DNA of 64,000 nucleotides from NCBI GenBank assembly GCA_000092065.1, contig CP000585.1; one strand, written 5' to 3'. Position 1 is the stretch's first letter; each line of letters starts with the position of its first letter. The notes under the pieces were generated by a model. That model did not search any database, was not told the DNA's origin, and saw only the letters and a list, made by a program, of their open reading frames with translations. Shown here one piece after another: positions 27,561 to 38,184 of this stretch. Made by a program: the position numbers and the translations under genes. This DNA comes from Ostreococcus lucimarinus (Eukaryota).

Positions 27561-30500
27561 TGAAAACGGCGCAGGGCGATGGCGAGAGCCCGTCGAGCGT
27601 GGCGTCGCCGTCGTCGTTCGGACTCGACTACCTGTTCGGTGTTTTTCGCGGAGGCTCGACGGCGAGCGAGGACGCGCCGGACGCGCCGGACGCGGACGCC
27701 GAGCCGAGGGACGACGACGCGAAGGCGGATGGCGTTCACGCGAAGGTCGGCACGGTGGTGCGAAGGTTTCAGGATGTTTACGATCAAGCGGAGGTGCGGA
27801 TGAGCGCGGCGCAGATGGTGTTTGAACGCGCGGCGACGGAGGCGACGACGGCGCAAGAACGCGCGGCGGCGGCGAAGAAGAGCGGACTGCCCGGAGCAGC
27901 GCAAGTCGCGGATGCAGTGCTGAAGCAAGCGAATATGAAACTGGAGCGCGCGTCTGTTGACTTTCAAGAGGCGGAGAAGGAGCTCAAGAGAGCAGCGGCG
28001 ACGAAGCGCGACGCGGAGGTGGAGCTCGCGGCGAGCGACAAGGCGCGGCGAGCGCGCGAGCGTTTGTTCGAGGGCAAAGGAAGAAAGGGAGGTTACGATG
28101 CAGACGTGGATGTCGAGGCGAAAAAGCTTGCCGCGGTGATTAAGCTCCAGCGTGCTTGGCGCCGATACGCGGAGCGGAAGCGAGCGAAACATCCGGATGC
28201 AATCGCGAGGACCATCGTTCGGCGTATTTTCTCTCGCGAAAGCGCCTTCGCAATTCTCGTCGCCTTTCTCGTTTTCTCCGGGTCGTTGTTCGCTGACGAC
28301 GCCGTGGGCGTTGGACAAAAAGGAGTTGGGATGATGGAAGCGATCCGCACGTTCTCGGCGCTCGATCACGGCTATCTGGCCCGCGGCGTCACCTCTGGCA
28401 CGGTCATGGCTGAGCTCACCGTGTTGCGAACGCGGCATGAAAATCTTCTCAGCGATGTCGACGAATGCGAGGCATCTCTAGACGCCCTGCGTCGTGGTGA
28501 GAGCGATGGCTGGGGAGGCGCTATGAAATCACCGCTCGCGGGCTCGTGCAGTTACAAACTACGAGAGGCCGAAAAAGAGTTGGCACGCCTGAAAAAGAAC
28601 AGCGAAGTCGACTCTGCGATCGCTGTGGATAAGCAAATCCGGCTTCTTCGCGCTGAGCTCACGCTTTCGAGACAACAATTCGAGCACCAGAAGTTCAAAC
28701 ACGAAGAGGATGTTGCGTATTTAACCGCCGTTCACGAGGCCGAGAACGAAAAGCTCATGGCGCACGCACAGGCAAACATCATGGACGCAAAGCACGAGGG
28801 AGCGCGATGGTTGCGTAAATCCCAACTCGAGCTCGAAGACGCGCAGATGGAGGTTTCTACGCTGCAAGATCGAGTGCTGGTCTATGAAAGAGAGCTTCGA
28901 GGTGATCCTTCCAGTTCAACGAACTTGCTCAAACAACACGACGCGCTAGTCAAGAAGCTCAAGAAGAAGCACGCCGCCGCCATTCAAGCGCTCGATTCGG
29001 ACTTCCGCGCCAAGCTGTCCGAAAGTAAAGCTGAAAACGTCAAATTTAAGAATCGCGATATCGACAGTCTTGAAAAGCTCAAGGAGAAACATGCGATCGT
29101 GCAGCGAAGCCTTGAGGAGACGATCAAACTTGCGAATGAACATGCGAATGCTGCAAAGGATCAAGTGTGCAAATCAAAGAAATCAAGCACCTTGACTTTC
29201 CTCGTCTACCCGCTCATCGCCGCTGTAGGTCTCCTGTTGGGTGTCGTAGCGAATTCAAACCACCAAACCGTCTCGAGTACGTCGAAATCAAAAGAACCTA
29301 CCGTGGAACCAGTTGTAGGCGTGCCAGTGTGCAAGCGATGCGAAGCCGCCGAAGCGCGGAGTAAGCAAATGCAGACAAGATGCGAATTCGCGGAAGACGC
29401 TAGTGCGAATCTTCGAAAAGAAATCAAGACACTTCAGGAGGACAACGCACGTGTGACCAAACGTTTGTCGCAACGCGTTGTTGTCAAGACCTCGAAGCTT
29501 GAGGGTAGTGAAGCACGAGAGCACGCCGAAGACGAGCACGGGCTCGAACAAGAGAACATTAAACTCACGACTCGAGTACACGAAGCGCAAGCGCGAGCGT
29601 TAGAGCTTACCGAGCAGAAAGAAATGTTGACGGTACGCGTTAACACAATTCAAAAGAAGTTGATTGAAGAGGGTGGGGTCATCAAAGAGCTTTCAGACAA
29701 ACTCGTTCACTCCGAGAAGGAGAATTTTGAGCTTCGACAAGTGGTTGAAGAATCTCGCGCGGACACGGCATCAGCAGAAAAGCGAATGGCCGATCTTATC
29801 AACTCACTCGATAGCACTGGTAAAGAGCGAGGTGGCCTGCAAAACGAGCTCGAGAGTGCAAACAAAAGGCTCAAAGACGCCGCGGCGCAACTCACCAAAT
29901 CCTCGGCGGCAGCGAAACAAAAGGATGAAAAAATTGAGACACTTCTTTCATCGAAGGAAGACGTCGAGAAGCAGCTCACGTTGGTCGCAGAAGATTTGGC
30001 TATTTTCAAAGAGCGATACGCCGCCGGTGAGCGCACCAAAGCGCAGCTCGAGGCGCATAATGCTGATTTGCAAGCACAACTGCGCAGATCAAAGTCGATG
30101 CACGAAACTCAAATTACGCAGCTTCAACAGCGACTCAGCGAAATTGATTCTGATCGCGAAGGCTTGAATAATGAGCAGGAGCGTCTCCTTGAAGAAGTCG
30201 TGTCCAAGCAAGAGGAAGTGGATCAACTGATGGCGCAAGTCATTAAGCTCCAAGACAGCGACGAGGCGTTGGGTGATGAGCTCGCTGATTTGATCAAGAT
30301 CAACGAATCCATGCGAGAACGATTGGAAATGCAAGAAGAGCTCCTCGCGCAGTCGCGCGAAAAGGATTTGGTCATCGTCGAGCACGAGTCTAACTTGGAT
30401 GCCCTGAATTCGCGATATGAAAAGACAAAGTCCAAGTTGAAGGCGTGTGAAATTTCGCGTGACGAAGGAGTTACTCAGCTTCGCAACCGCGATACTCGCA

Positions 30501-31918
30501 TCGAATTTTTGGAGGAGGAGCTGGCGTCAATTCGAGAGCTGCAAGGAGCCAATAGCGCGCGTCTTTCTGATCAGCTCAAACGTCTGGGTGAACTCGAAAT
30601 GGACGCTGGACGAAAGAAAGCGGCGAAGGAAGCGGCGGAATTGAAACTTGAGCAATCAGAGGCTGCGGCGAGAAAGACTGTGGCGCATTTGGAAGAAGAA
30701 ATTTCCAACTTACAAAACCAGCTCGCGAGCGAAAGGACGGCCGCAGAAATTTCGAGAGCGTCTGGTGACGTGAACGCTGCGAGACTTCGTCAAGAGACGC
30801 GCCAGCTGCAGGAGAAGATTGACGCGTTGAACGCTTGCGAAAGCGAAAAGGCGCAAATGAGTCAAGAGATCGCGCGACTTGAACAAGAGATGGAAGAGCT
30901 ACGCAGCCGGTTGGCTGAGCTTTTAGCGGAGTTAAGCGATATGAAACGAACTGGACAAGCTACTTCGCCCCTTGAAGTCGTGCAAGTCGAAGAAGAACGT
31001 CAAACGTTGGTGTACGACGAAGCCGCGGATATGCTACGAGGATTGAAACGAGTCTCCTTATTCAATCTCCTGTACTCTGTGTCTTTTGCCAAGGTTAGGG
31101 ATCAACGACAGTGGAATTCGTTGACGCTCAGTGCTTTATCTACTGCCGTGCGTCCGATCCCAACGCCACGGAAGCGCGACGCTGCGTATTACGCAAAGAA
31201 GCGCTGCGCCCGCGTTTTGGTTCACTTGGCGACGACGCCGGCTCATCACAACATTCCCCGCTCCGGCTGGCTCGAACACGAACAAGGGTCGATGTCGAAA
31301 GCGGTTGGCTGGCACGATGCCGAGGACGTATGGACATGGGCGACGCGCGCGCTCGCCGCAATTTCTCGCGTCTTCCAAGGACCAAATGCGCATCAAATGT
31401 ACCAACTCGGCGGCTTGCAAACCGCTTTGGAGTTGATGCGTCACGCCGAGTCGGCCGTAGATATTCAGCTTCACGGAGCAAGATCAATCAGCGGATTGAT
31501 ATCTGGCGAGCTTGCGTTTTTCGGCCGCGACGCTCCTCAAATTGTCAGCGGCAGCGCGCTCGAGACGCTCGCGGTGACCCTGCGCACGTTCCCACTCGAC
31601 GTTCGAGTCGTTCGTGCAGCCGCCCGCGCAGTGTGGGTGTGCATCCACCTCGGTGGTCAATTCGGACAGCACACCTTTGTGCAACAACAAGTCTACGAAC
31701 CGCTCATGTTCGCCATGAACTGTCACCTTGGGGATTTGAAAGTCGTGGAATCGTGCTGCGGCGCCGTCCTCGCGGCAGCGTCAGCCAATCCTGACACCCA
31801 ACAGAAACTTGCGGACTCGGGTGTTCGTGATGTCGTCCGCGACACGTTACAAACTATCAGCGAAGTGTCGTTCAGTGGCGCGTTTACCGACCTCAGTGAT
31901 TGGCTTTTCGAAGCGTAG
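27464..31918 (+). CDS. large coiled-coil protein (IQ-like motif, hydrophobic segment, C-terminal armadillo-like helical domain)
   Basis: ~1480 aa from ATG 27464 ('MGAEPTARS..'). It has long heptad-rich K/E/Q/L stretches, an IQ-like 'AAVIKLQRAWRRYAERKRAKH' and a (ACG)9 Thr9 tract. The track ORF start at 26954 overlaps the previous gene in another frame and is spurious. Confidence 0.45.
27530..27556 (+). repeat. (ACG)9 trinucleotide repeat encoding Thr9
   Basis: Direct read; it lies inside the coiled-coil gene near its N-terminus. Confidence 0.9.
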
Positions 31919-32092
31919 CCGCGCTTTCGTGTAACACTGCGTTTTCTAAAACTTTTACACTTCAACACTCTCCGACACGAGCTTCATAGATCGGCGCTCG
32001 GCGTTCGAGCGACCCCTCGCCGCTGCCCTCGGCATCGCCACATCGAACGCACGCGACGCACGCGCGCAGCACGACGCACACGGCCGCTTTCG

Positions 32093-32908
32093 ATGCCCTC
32101 GACGTCCAAAAAGTCGATGAAGAGCGCCGCCGCCGCCGGCAAAGAGATGGAAAAAACCGGCGACGTCATCCCGCTCGCCTCGGTGTCGACGAAGAAGGGC
32201 AAGGCGGGAGGTAAAAAGGAACTTCCTCGCGTGATTTACGTCGGCCACGTCCCGCACGGGTTCTACGAGGCGCAGATGAAGGAGTACTTTGGGCAATTCG
32301 GCGAGGTCACTCGAGTCAAAGTGAGTAGGAACAAAAAAACGGGAAAGAGCAAGCACTACGCGTTCGTGGAGTTCAAGCACCCCGAGGTAGCGTCGATCGT
32401 GGCGGAGAGCATGAATAATTATTTGCTCGCGAATCAAGTGCTGAAGATAACGCTGCTGGAGCCGGAGAAGGTGCACCCGAAGACGTTTGAGGGGACGGGG
32501 ACAAAGTTCAAGACGGTGCCGTGGCAACGAAGAGCGGCGGCGAAGCACAATAAGGAGCGAACTGACGAGGAGAAGGTGAAACGCAATGTTGGTTTGGTGA
32601 AGGCGGAAGAGAAGCGTCGAGCGAAGATCGCAGCCGCTGGGATTGACTATGATTTCCCGGGCTACAAGGCTATTTTGTCGACGGAGAAGCCGAAGGTGGT
32701 GCCCAAGGAAGCCAAGGCGAAGGCGAAGACGCCGGCAAAGGAGAAAAAGACGCCTGCGAAAGCACAGGTGAAGGAGAAGAAGTCAAGCGAAGAAGAGCCC
32801 GCGAAAGGGAAGAAGAAAGAGCCGACGCCCGTCGCGAAAAAGACTCGAGCGTCAGTGAAGCGCGCACAAGAAACACCCGCTAAGCCGGCAAAGAAGTCAA
32901 AGAAATAG
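32093..32908 (+). CDS. NIFK: nucleolar RRM protein NIFK/Nop15-like
   Basis: 'VIYVGHVPHGFYEAQMKEYFGQFGEVTRVKVSRNKKTGKSKHYAFVEFKHPEVASIVAESMNNYLLANQVLKI' matches the Nop15/NIFK RRM. A lysine-rich tail follows. Confidence 0.7.
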   Translation: MPSTSKKSMKSAAAAGKEMEKTGDVIPLASVSTKKGKAGGKKELPRVIYVGHVPHGFYEAQMKEYFGQFGEVTRVKVSRNKKTGKSKHYAFVEFKHPEVASIVAESMNNYLLANQVLKITLLEPEKVHPKTFEGTGTKFKTVPWQRRAAAKHNKERTDEEKVKRNVGLVKAEEKRRAKIAAAGIDYDFPGYKAILSTEKPKVVPKEAKAKAKTPAKEKKTPAKAQVKEKKSSEEEPAKGKKKEPTPVAKKTRASVKRAQETPAKPAKKSKK

Positions 32909-32940
32909 TCGTACAGTAGCTTTCTATCGAATACAGTGTT

Positions 32941-32965
32941 TTACAGTGTTTTACAGTGTTTTACA
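32941..32965 (-). promoter_or_regulatory. three tandem TGTAA poly(A)-signal-like pentamers, (tgtaaaacac)x3, starting 3 nt after the ATG9-like stop
   Basis: Plus strand reads cagtgttttac x3. They lie within the 59-nt gap between the convergent Nop15-like and ATG9-like stop codons. Confidence 0.5.
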
Positions 32966-32967
32966 TT

Positions 32968-35175
32968 CTAATGTTCTCTCCATGTGGCGTCCTCCACCGG
33001 CGGAAGAACCGTTGATGTTGGCAGCAAGCAAGAGTCGAGCACAGAAGGCTGCCCGTTTTGCGCGCGGTCAATCGAAGCTTCTTCCGGAAACGACACCATT
33101 TGCGTGACTGTCGCGGCAGGACGCTGATACATTTGAATCATATCAATCGTTGGTGTCCCAGCTTTTATGGCGTCGCCCGAAACATCGTCACGGGTCGGGC
33201 TGTTCCTAGCCGCGGTGTCGACATCGTGCGTATCTGCTTGATCCTCGTAGAAGTGTTGCAACACGGTTTGGCTCGCGCTGAGCGCCTCAACGAGCGAGTC
33301 TCCGTCTCGTATATCGCTAACAAACGCCGGTTGAAACATCGATCCGCTCCCATGCGCTGGTTGACGCAAGATGGCGTTACCATTGCCACCTCGATGACGT
33401 ACGCCGGCTTTCTCGGGAGACGTCGACAGATCCTTCAGGCGAGTTGATCTTTTCAGAACACTCGCACTCAAGTCAGCAGATCGGCCGAGCGCACTCTCGT
33501 TGGCGTTAGTAAATCCATTGAGTGAGTTCAACATGTCGCGTCCGCTTGCGTCCGGTTCCCACGCAGGATAAGTCGCCTGAAACGTCAAGAAGCTCTTCTC
33601 CATTTTCCCTTGGCGGCTGCGCTGCTCCTTGCTCGCGTGACTTGGCGCGCCGTAGTGCTTATTCCCATGGCGATTGAAATCAAACGCACTCAAAGAGCAC
33701 ATGTCCCCGACCCCTGATTTGTTCACCGTGAACTGTCGGACGAACTGAATGATGTCGTCCGCAGAATCGCACAAGGGAAACCAAAGCACGAAGGGCGCCG
33801 CGAAGACGGATGCAATCTCTTCCAGAAACATCACAGCCTTGAGCGAAAAGAAAGAGTTGAACTCGTGTTGAACTTCTTCCTTGTGTGCGGCATCCCGCCA
33901 GTGCTTGGGCAAGTAATGAGTATGCGCGACAATCTTTGACATGATGACGTTGGGTTCGAACACGGCGTTTTCCGTCGCCATCAACGCCCGAGAGGACGCG
34001 AGAATGGTACCGAGAACCGCCGTAATCCAAAGTAAATCGCGATCGCCGACGTAAGCCTGCAACAATCGATCGTCCACGATCGCACAAAACAATGCGCATG
34101 CCGCGAACGCGCCGACGACGTATGACACAAACTTTGCCAAAATGTTTACCACCGGCGACGGAAACTGCGCGACGTACTTCTTCGCGTGCGGGTACGCTGC
34201 GGCTAATCTTTGCTGCGTAAAGTGCGGAAGCTCGTTGAACTCGCGCATGCGCCAGTATGCGTAAGAATTCCAGTCTCGCGCTCCGACCGCGGACGGGGTG
34301 TTGTAAAACTTTTCAGCGTACGACAACACAAAGTACATGGAGAGGAAAATCGCGACGAATGGCGAAAGAATGGCGTTGATGATGGCGAGGCATCGAAAAC
34401 GATGACGCAACGCAGAAACGTCGTAAAATGACGGCACAATCGTGAAGTTGTCATCGAACATGCCGTGGAAAACCGCTAGATCGATATTCCACTCGATGAC
34501 TTTCGTGAACCAGCGATGGTTTTGCAATCCTGGAGCGTCGAGCGAAAGCTTGAGCACGTCTCTGTTGACCATACCGGTGAGATAATTCTCCTTTCGCAAA
34601 ATCCGGGCGACGATGTCGTGCTCGTTCAAATCTCGCGCGATGCTCAACCTCGTCGTCGCTTGCAAATGTACCACGCGCTGTAGCACCTCTGGCCACGTGA
34701 TTGTGTACAAATCCCTATCGCTCAGCGCCAGCTTTTGGTTGCAAAATTTCCGCATCGTCGCCAACGGCGCGGCGTCGTGTGCCAACCGCGTCGCGCTCCA
34801 CACCCAATACGCCGAGAACAACAGCAAATACATCGTCACCACGGCGTTTCGCACGAAACCACCGTACTGATACGGCTCGCTAAACACCGCATCCCGCAAA
34901 ATATCGCACTGCTCCGCCTCGGACGCGCACTGGTTTCGCAAATAATCGTAATCCACGTACAGCAACAGCAACCCACTCAACCAAATCGTAAATCCGAGCG
35001 TGCACAAGTTCACCACCCTCGACGTCAGCGCGCATCGGTACCCTTTCGCGTTAAAGTACGCGTACAATCGCGCGAATTTCCCATCCAGGTCCTCGCCGAC
35101 GCCCGAAAACAGTCGCGCGTCGTCGCCGTCCCGCTCGCGCGCCTCGTCCTCGCGCCCGGCTTCCGCCTGCAGCAA
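32968..35175 (-). CDS. ATG9: autophagy-related protein 9 (ATG9)-like multi-pass membrane protein
   Basis: 735 aa. The N-terminus 'FARLYAYFNAKGYRCALTSRVVNLCTLGFTIWLSG' and blocks 'ILRKENYLTGMVNRDVLKLSL' and 'FHGMFDDNFTIVPSF' follow the ATG9 core pattern. The C-terminal third is disordered. Confidence 0.6.
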   Translation of the reverse strand: MLQAEAGREDEARERDGDDARLFSGVGEDLDGKFARLYAYFNAKGYRCALTSRVVNLCTLGFTIWLSGLLLLYVDYDYLRNQCASEAEQCDILRDAVFSEPYQYGGFVRNAVVTMYLLLFSAYWVWSATRLAHDAAPLATMRKFCNQKLALSDRDLYTITWPEVLQRVVHLQATTRLSIARDLNEHDIVARILRKENYLTGMVNRDVLKLSLDAPGLQNHRWFTKVIEWNIDLAVFHGMFDDNFTIVPSFYDVSALRHRFRCLAIINAILSPFVAIFLSMYFVLSYAEKFYNTPSAVGARDWNSYAYWRMREFNELPHFTQQRLAAAYPHAKKYVAQFPSPVVNILAKFVSYVVGAFAACALFCAIVDDRLLQAYVGDRDLLWITAVLGTILASSRALMATENAVFEPNVIMSKIVAHTHYLPKHWRDAAHKEEVQHEFNSFFSLKAVMFLEEIASVFAAPFVLWFPLCDSADDIIQFVRQFTVNKSGVGDMCSLSAFDFNRHGNKHYGAPSHASKEQRSRQGKMEKSFLTFQATYPAWEPDASGRDMLNSLNGFTNANESALGRSADLSASVLKRSTRLKDLSTSPEKAGVRHRGGNGNAILRQPAHGSGSMFQPAFVSDIRDGDSLVEALSASQTVLQHFYEDQADTHDVDTAARNSPTRDDVSGDAIKAGTPTIDMIQMYQRPAATVTQMVSFPEEASIDRAQNGQPSVLDSCLLPTSTVLPPVEDATWREH

Positions 35176-35670
35176 TCCCTCGTGTTCGTGCGCGCTGCGA
35201 CGATGCGTTTCCGTCAGTCATTCCGCTCGACGCGCGCCTCGCGCGTCGCGCGCCTCGCGCGCGTCGCGCGCGTCGTCGTCGTCGTCGTCGCTCGCGCATC
35301 GTGCGCGTCGTCGACCGCGCACCTCTCCAACGCGTCGTACGCCTCGTCCTCGTCCTCGTCCGCGTCCGCGCGCGACGCGAATCGCATCGCTCGTCCGCTC
35401 TTCGTCGCGCACCACCGCGCGGCGCGCGCGCGCGCGTGTGCGGTCGACGATTTCGTCGCAGGTGGCGACGGTGACAGTTTAAAAATCCGACGCCGCGACG
35501 CGACGCGACGACGACGCGAGAGACTCCGAGCGAGACGCGGCGCGCGTTCGAACGCTCGCGGCGCGATCGCGTCGAAAATAAGCGCGACGGCGCGCGCGAC
35601 GATGAAATGCGCGTGAATACGAATTGAAACGCGCGACGTTCGTCGGCGGCGCGCTCGGACGCGTCTCGCG

Positions 35671-36309
35671 TCATCCCGAAAGCAACGCGTGGACGCCGAA
35701 TAATAAAAACAAACATCCTCCGATCCCGGTGACGACGCGCTCGGCGTTGGCCGCGCGGTCGGCGAGTTGTCTACCACCGATCACGGCCACGCCCGTGCAC
35801 ACGGCGTGCCCGAGCGCTCCTCCCAGGGTGACGCCCGCGACGTCGCTCTGCGCCGCGAGTCCCACCGTCGCGATTTGCGACCTGTCGCCCCATTCCGCCA
35901 AAAAAGTCACCGCGAACGCCTCCGCGAACACCGCCCACGACGTCGTCGCCTTTTTCTTCGCGTTTCGCTGTCGTCCCGCGAGTTCGGCCTCGACTTCTTT
36001 CAACTCGTCGTCGTCGTCGTCGCCTCGCGCGCACGCGTCCCGAACGCCTCGCGCGCCGAATGCAAAAAACAACCCCGTCGCCGCCCGTTTCGTCACCACC
36101 GGCGACAGCGCTCTCGCCGACATCGTCCCCGCGCACGCGCTCAGCGCCGTCATCGCGAACAGCGCGCTCCACGCCCCCAGAAACACGTCGACGCGTCGTC
36201 GTTTCATCGCCATGAGCGCCGCGATGAAGAACGTCTTGTCGCCGATTTCGCTCAGCACGATCAGCCCGAACGCCTTCGACAGGCCCTCGACGAACGCCGT
36301 CGTCGTCAT
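35671..36309 (-). CDS. GDT1/TMEM165 (UPF0016) family cation (Ca2+/Mn2+):H+ antiporter
   Basis: It has two copies of the E-x-G-D-(K/R)-(T/S) signature ('LSEIGDKTFF' and 'LAEWGDRSQI') in a 212-aa 6-TM protein, with an acidic central loop. Confidence 0.8.
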   Translation of the reverse strand: MTTTAFVEGLSKAFGLIVLSEIGDKTFFIAALMAMKRRRVDVFLGAWSALFAMTALSACAGTMSARALSPVVTKRAATGLFFAFGARGVRDACARGDDDDDELKEVEAELAGRQRNAKKKATTSWAVFAEAFAVTFLAEWGDRSQIATVGLAAQSDVAGVTLGGALGHAVCTGVAVIGGRQLADRAANAERVVTGIGGCLFLLFGVHALLSG

Positions 36310-36413
36310 CGTCGCCGTCGCCGTTCGCCGTCGCCGTTCGCCGTTCGCGCGCGTCGTCGAGTGCCGTCGCGTCCGTCGTCGTTCGACCCCGCGTCACGCC
36401 GCGACGCCCGCGC

Positions 36414-37913
36414 ATGCGCCGTCGCGACGCCGCGCGTCGTCTCGCGCGCCTCGCGTCGTCCAACGCGCCGTCCTTCGTCGCGTGTCCCGCCGCGATGCGT
36501 CGTTGGCTCGTCGTCGACGGCGTCGCGGACGCGTTCGCGCTCGCGCGACCGAGCGCGGGGGCGGAGGCGCGCGCGCCGCGCGCGACGCTGTGGACGGAGC
36601 AGGACGAGGAGCCGCTGCCGAATCGCGCGGCGACGGTGCGAGAGGCGTTTCCCGCGCGCGGCGGGCGAGAGGGAGGGGTCGAGCGCGCGTTTCGAGGCGC
36701 GACGGAGGCGGAGCGCGCGCGAGGCGTCGACGTGGTGCTGGCGCGCGAGAACGCGAGGGAGAAACCGTTGGTCGTGGACGCGTACGCGCGCGAGAGCGCG
36801 AGAGAAACGTTTAGGCTGACGGATGCGGGCGTGGACGCGATCGCGTGGTTCGCGGCGCGCGGCGCGCGCGTGGGGGTGGAGACGGACGACGGGAACGGGT
36901 TGAGACGCGTCGAGCCGAGCGACGGATTGTTCGGAGGCGCGGAGACGTCGATCGAGGCGGGAAGGAGAGCGACGCATGGAGGGCAGAGCGCGAATGAGTG
37001 CTTGATGATCGTGCCGAGCGCGTTCGGGACGAACGCGCAGGCGGCGCGCGATAATCACTTTATGGCGTCGACGAGCGACGGATTGAGCGTTTTGGAGATT
37101 CGCGAACGCGCGGTGGCGGAGCATAAGGCGCTGTATCGAGGTTTACGAGCGCTCGGGATCGAGATTAATTTGTTCACGCACGACGAGAAGCACGCCACGC
37201 CGGACGCGTGTTTTCCGAACAATTGGCACACGCTTCGCGATGGAAAGTTGAAACTCTTTCCGATGAAGGACGAAAACCGCCGACTCGAGCGTCGGGAGGA
37301 TATCATCGAATTCTTGAAGCACAAGCACCCGAATTTGGTCGTGGACGACTCGCTGTTGCGATACGAGCGTCAAGACCCTCCAAAGTTTCTCGAAGGCACG
37401 GGATCGCTCGTGGTCGACCACGAAGAACGCGTCGCGTACGTCGCGCTTTCCGAACGCGCGCACGAGGAAGTCGTCGCCGAGCACTGCGCCGCCGAAAATC
37501 TCACGCCGATTACGTTTAAAGCCCTCGACGCTCGAGGTCGACCGATCTACCACACCAACGTCATGATGAGCGTGTGTTCTTCCGTCGCCATCGTCTGCGC
37601 CGACTCCATCGCCGATCCCGCCGATCGTCGACGCGTCCTCGACGCGCTCGCCGCGGGCGGCCGCCGTGAAATCATCACCATCACCCACGCCCAAGTCGAC
37701 GCCTTTTGCGGCAACGTCCTCGAGCTGCGCACCGCTTCCGGCGAGCCCGCCCTCGCGTGTTCCGCCCGCGCTTTCGCCGCCTTCGACGACGCGCAGCGCG
37801 CGCGACTCCGCGCCGCCTTCGACGACCGCGTCGTCGCCGTCGATTTCTCAACCATCGAGCGCGTCGGCGGCGGCGGCGTGCGCTGCGCCGTCGCCGAGCA
37901 CTTCGTTCCCTGA
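36414..37913 (+). CDS. amidinotransferase-superfamily hydrolase (DDAH/CtlX-like) with N-terminal extension
   Basis: The C-terminal 300 aa carry 'IYHTNVMMS' and the terminal catalytic-Cys motif 'VGGGGVRCAVAEHF', typical of the DDAH / arginine-deiminase / amidinotransferase fold. Start codon choice is uncertain. Confidence 0.45.
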   Translation: MRRRDAARRLARLASSNAPSFVACPAAMRRWLVVDGVADAFALARPSAGAEARAPRATLWTEQDEEPLPNRAATVREAFPARGGREGGVERAFRGATEAERARGVDVVLARENAREKPLVVDAYARESARETFRLTDAGVDAIAWFAARGARVGVETDDGNGLRRVEPSDGLFGGAETSIEAGRRATHGGQSANECLMIVPSAFGTNAQAARDNHFMASTSDGLSVLEIRERAVAEHKALYRGLRALGIEINLFTHDEKHATPDACFPNNWHTLRDGKLKLFPMKDENRRLERREDIIEFLKHKHPNLVVDDSLLRYERQDPPKFLEGTGSLVVDHEERVAYVALSERAHEEVVAEHCAAENLTPITFKALDARGRPIYHTNVMMSVCSSVAIVCADSIADPADRRRVLDALAAGGRREIITITHAQVDAFCGNVLELRTASGEPALACSARAFAAFDDAQRARLRAAFDDRVVAVDFSTIERVGGGGVRCAVAEHFVP

Positions 37914-38184
37914 TCGTCCCGACGCGCGCGCCGCACCCGCGCGCGCGACGACGCGCGTTCGCGCCCATCCGTCCGACCGACCGCCTCTGTAACGACCGAC
38001 CGCCTCTGTAACGAAACCCGTTTTCGAATGCCAATGCGACATTCTCCGACGCGATCGCGCCGACGCGACGCGCCGACGCGACGCGCCGACGCACGCGCGC
38101 GACGCGCGCGAACGAACGCCGACGCGTCTCGGCGAATCGATCGCGTTCGCGATCGCGCGCGAATCCACCTAAAGTCGACGCGCC

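Noticed and set aside
28400-31100. GC content drops to ~47-50% for ~2.7 kb, well below the ~60% window average. I considered foreign or viral DNA, or an outlier-chromosome-like segment.
   Set aside because: The stretch is entirely inside one continuous coiled-coil ORF rich in Lys/Glu/Gln/Leu, so amino-acid composition explains the shift. There is no change of gene density, no repeats, and no integrase- or transposase-like ORF.
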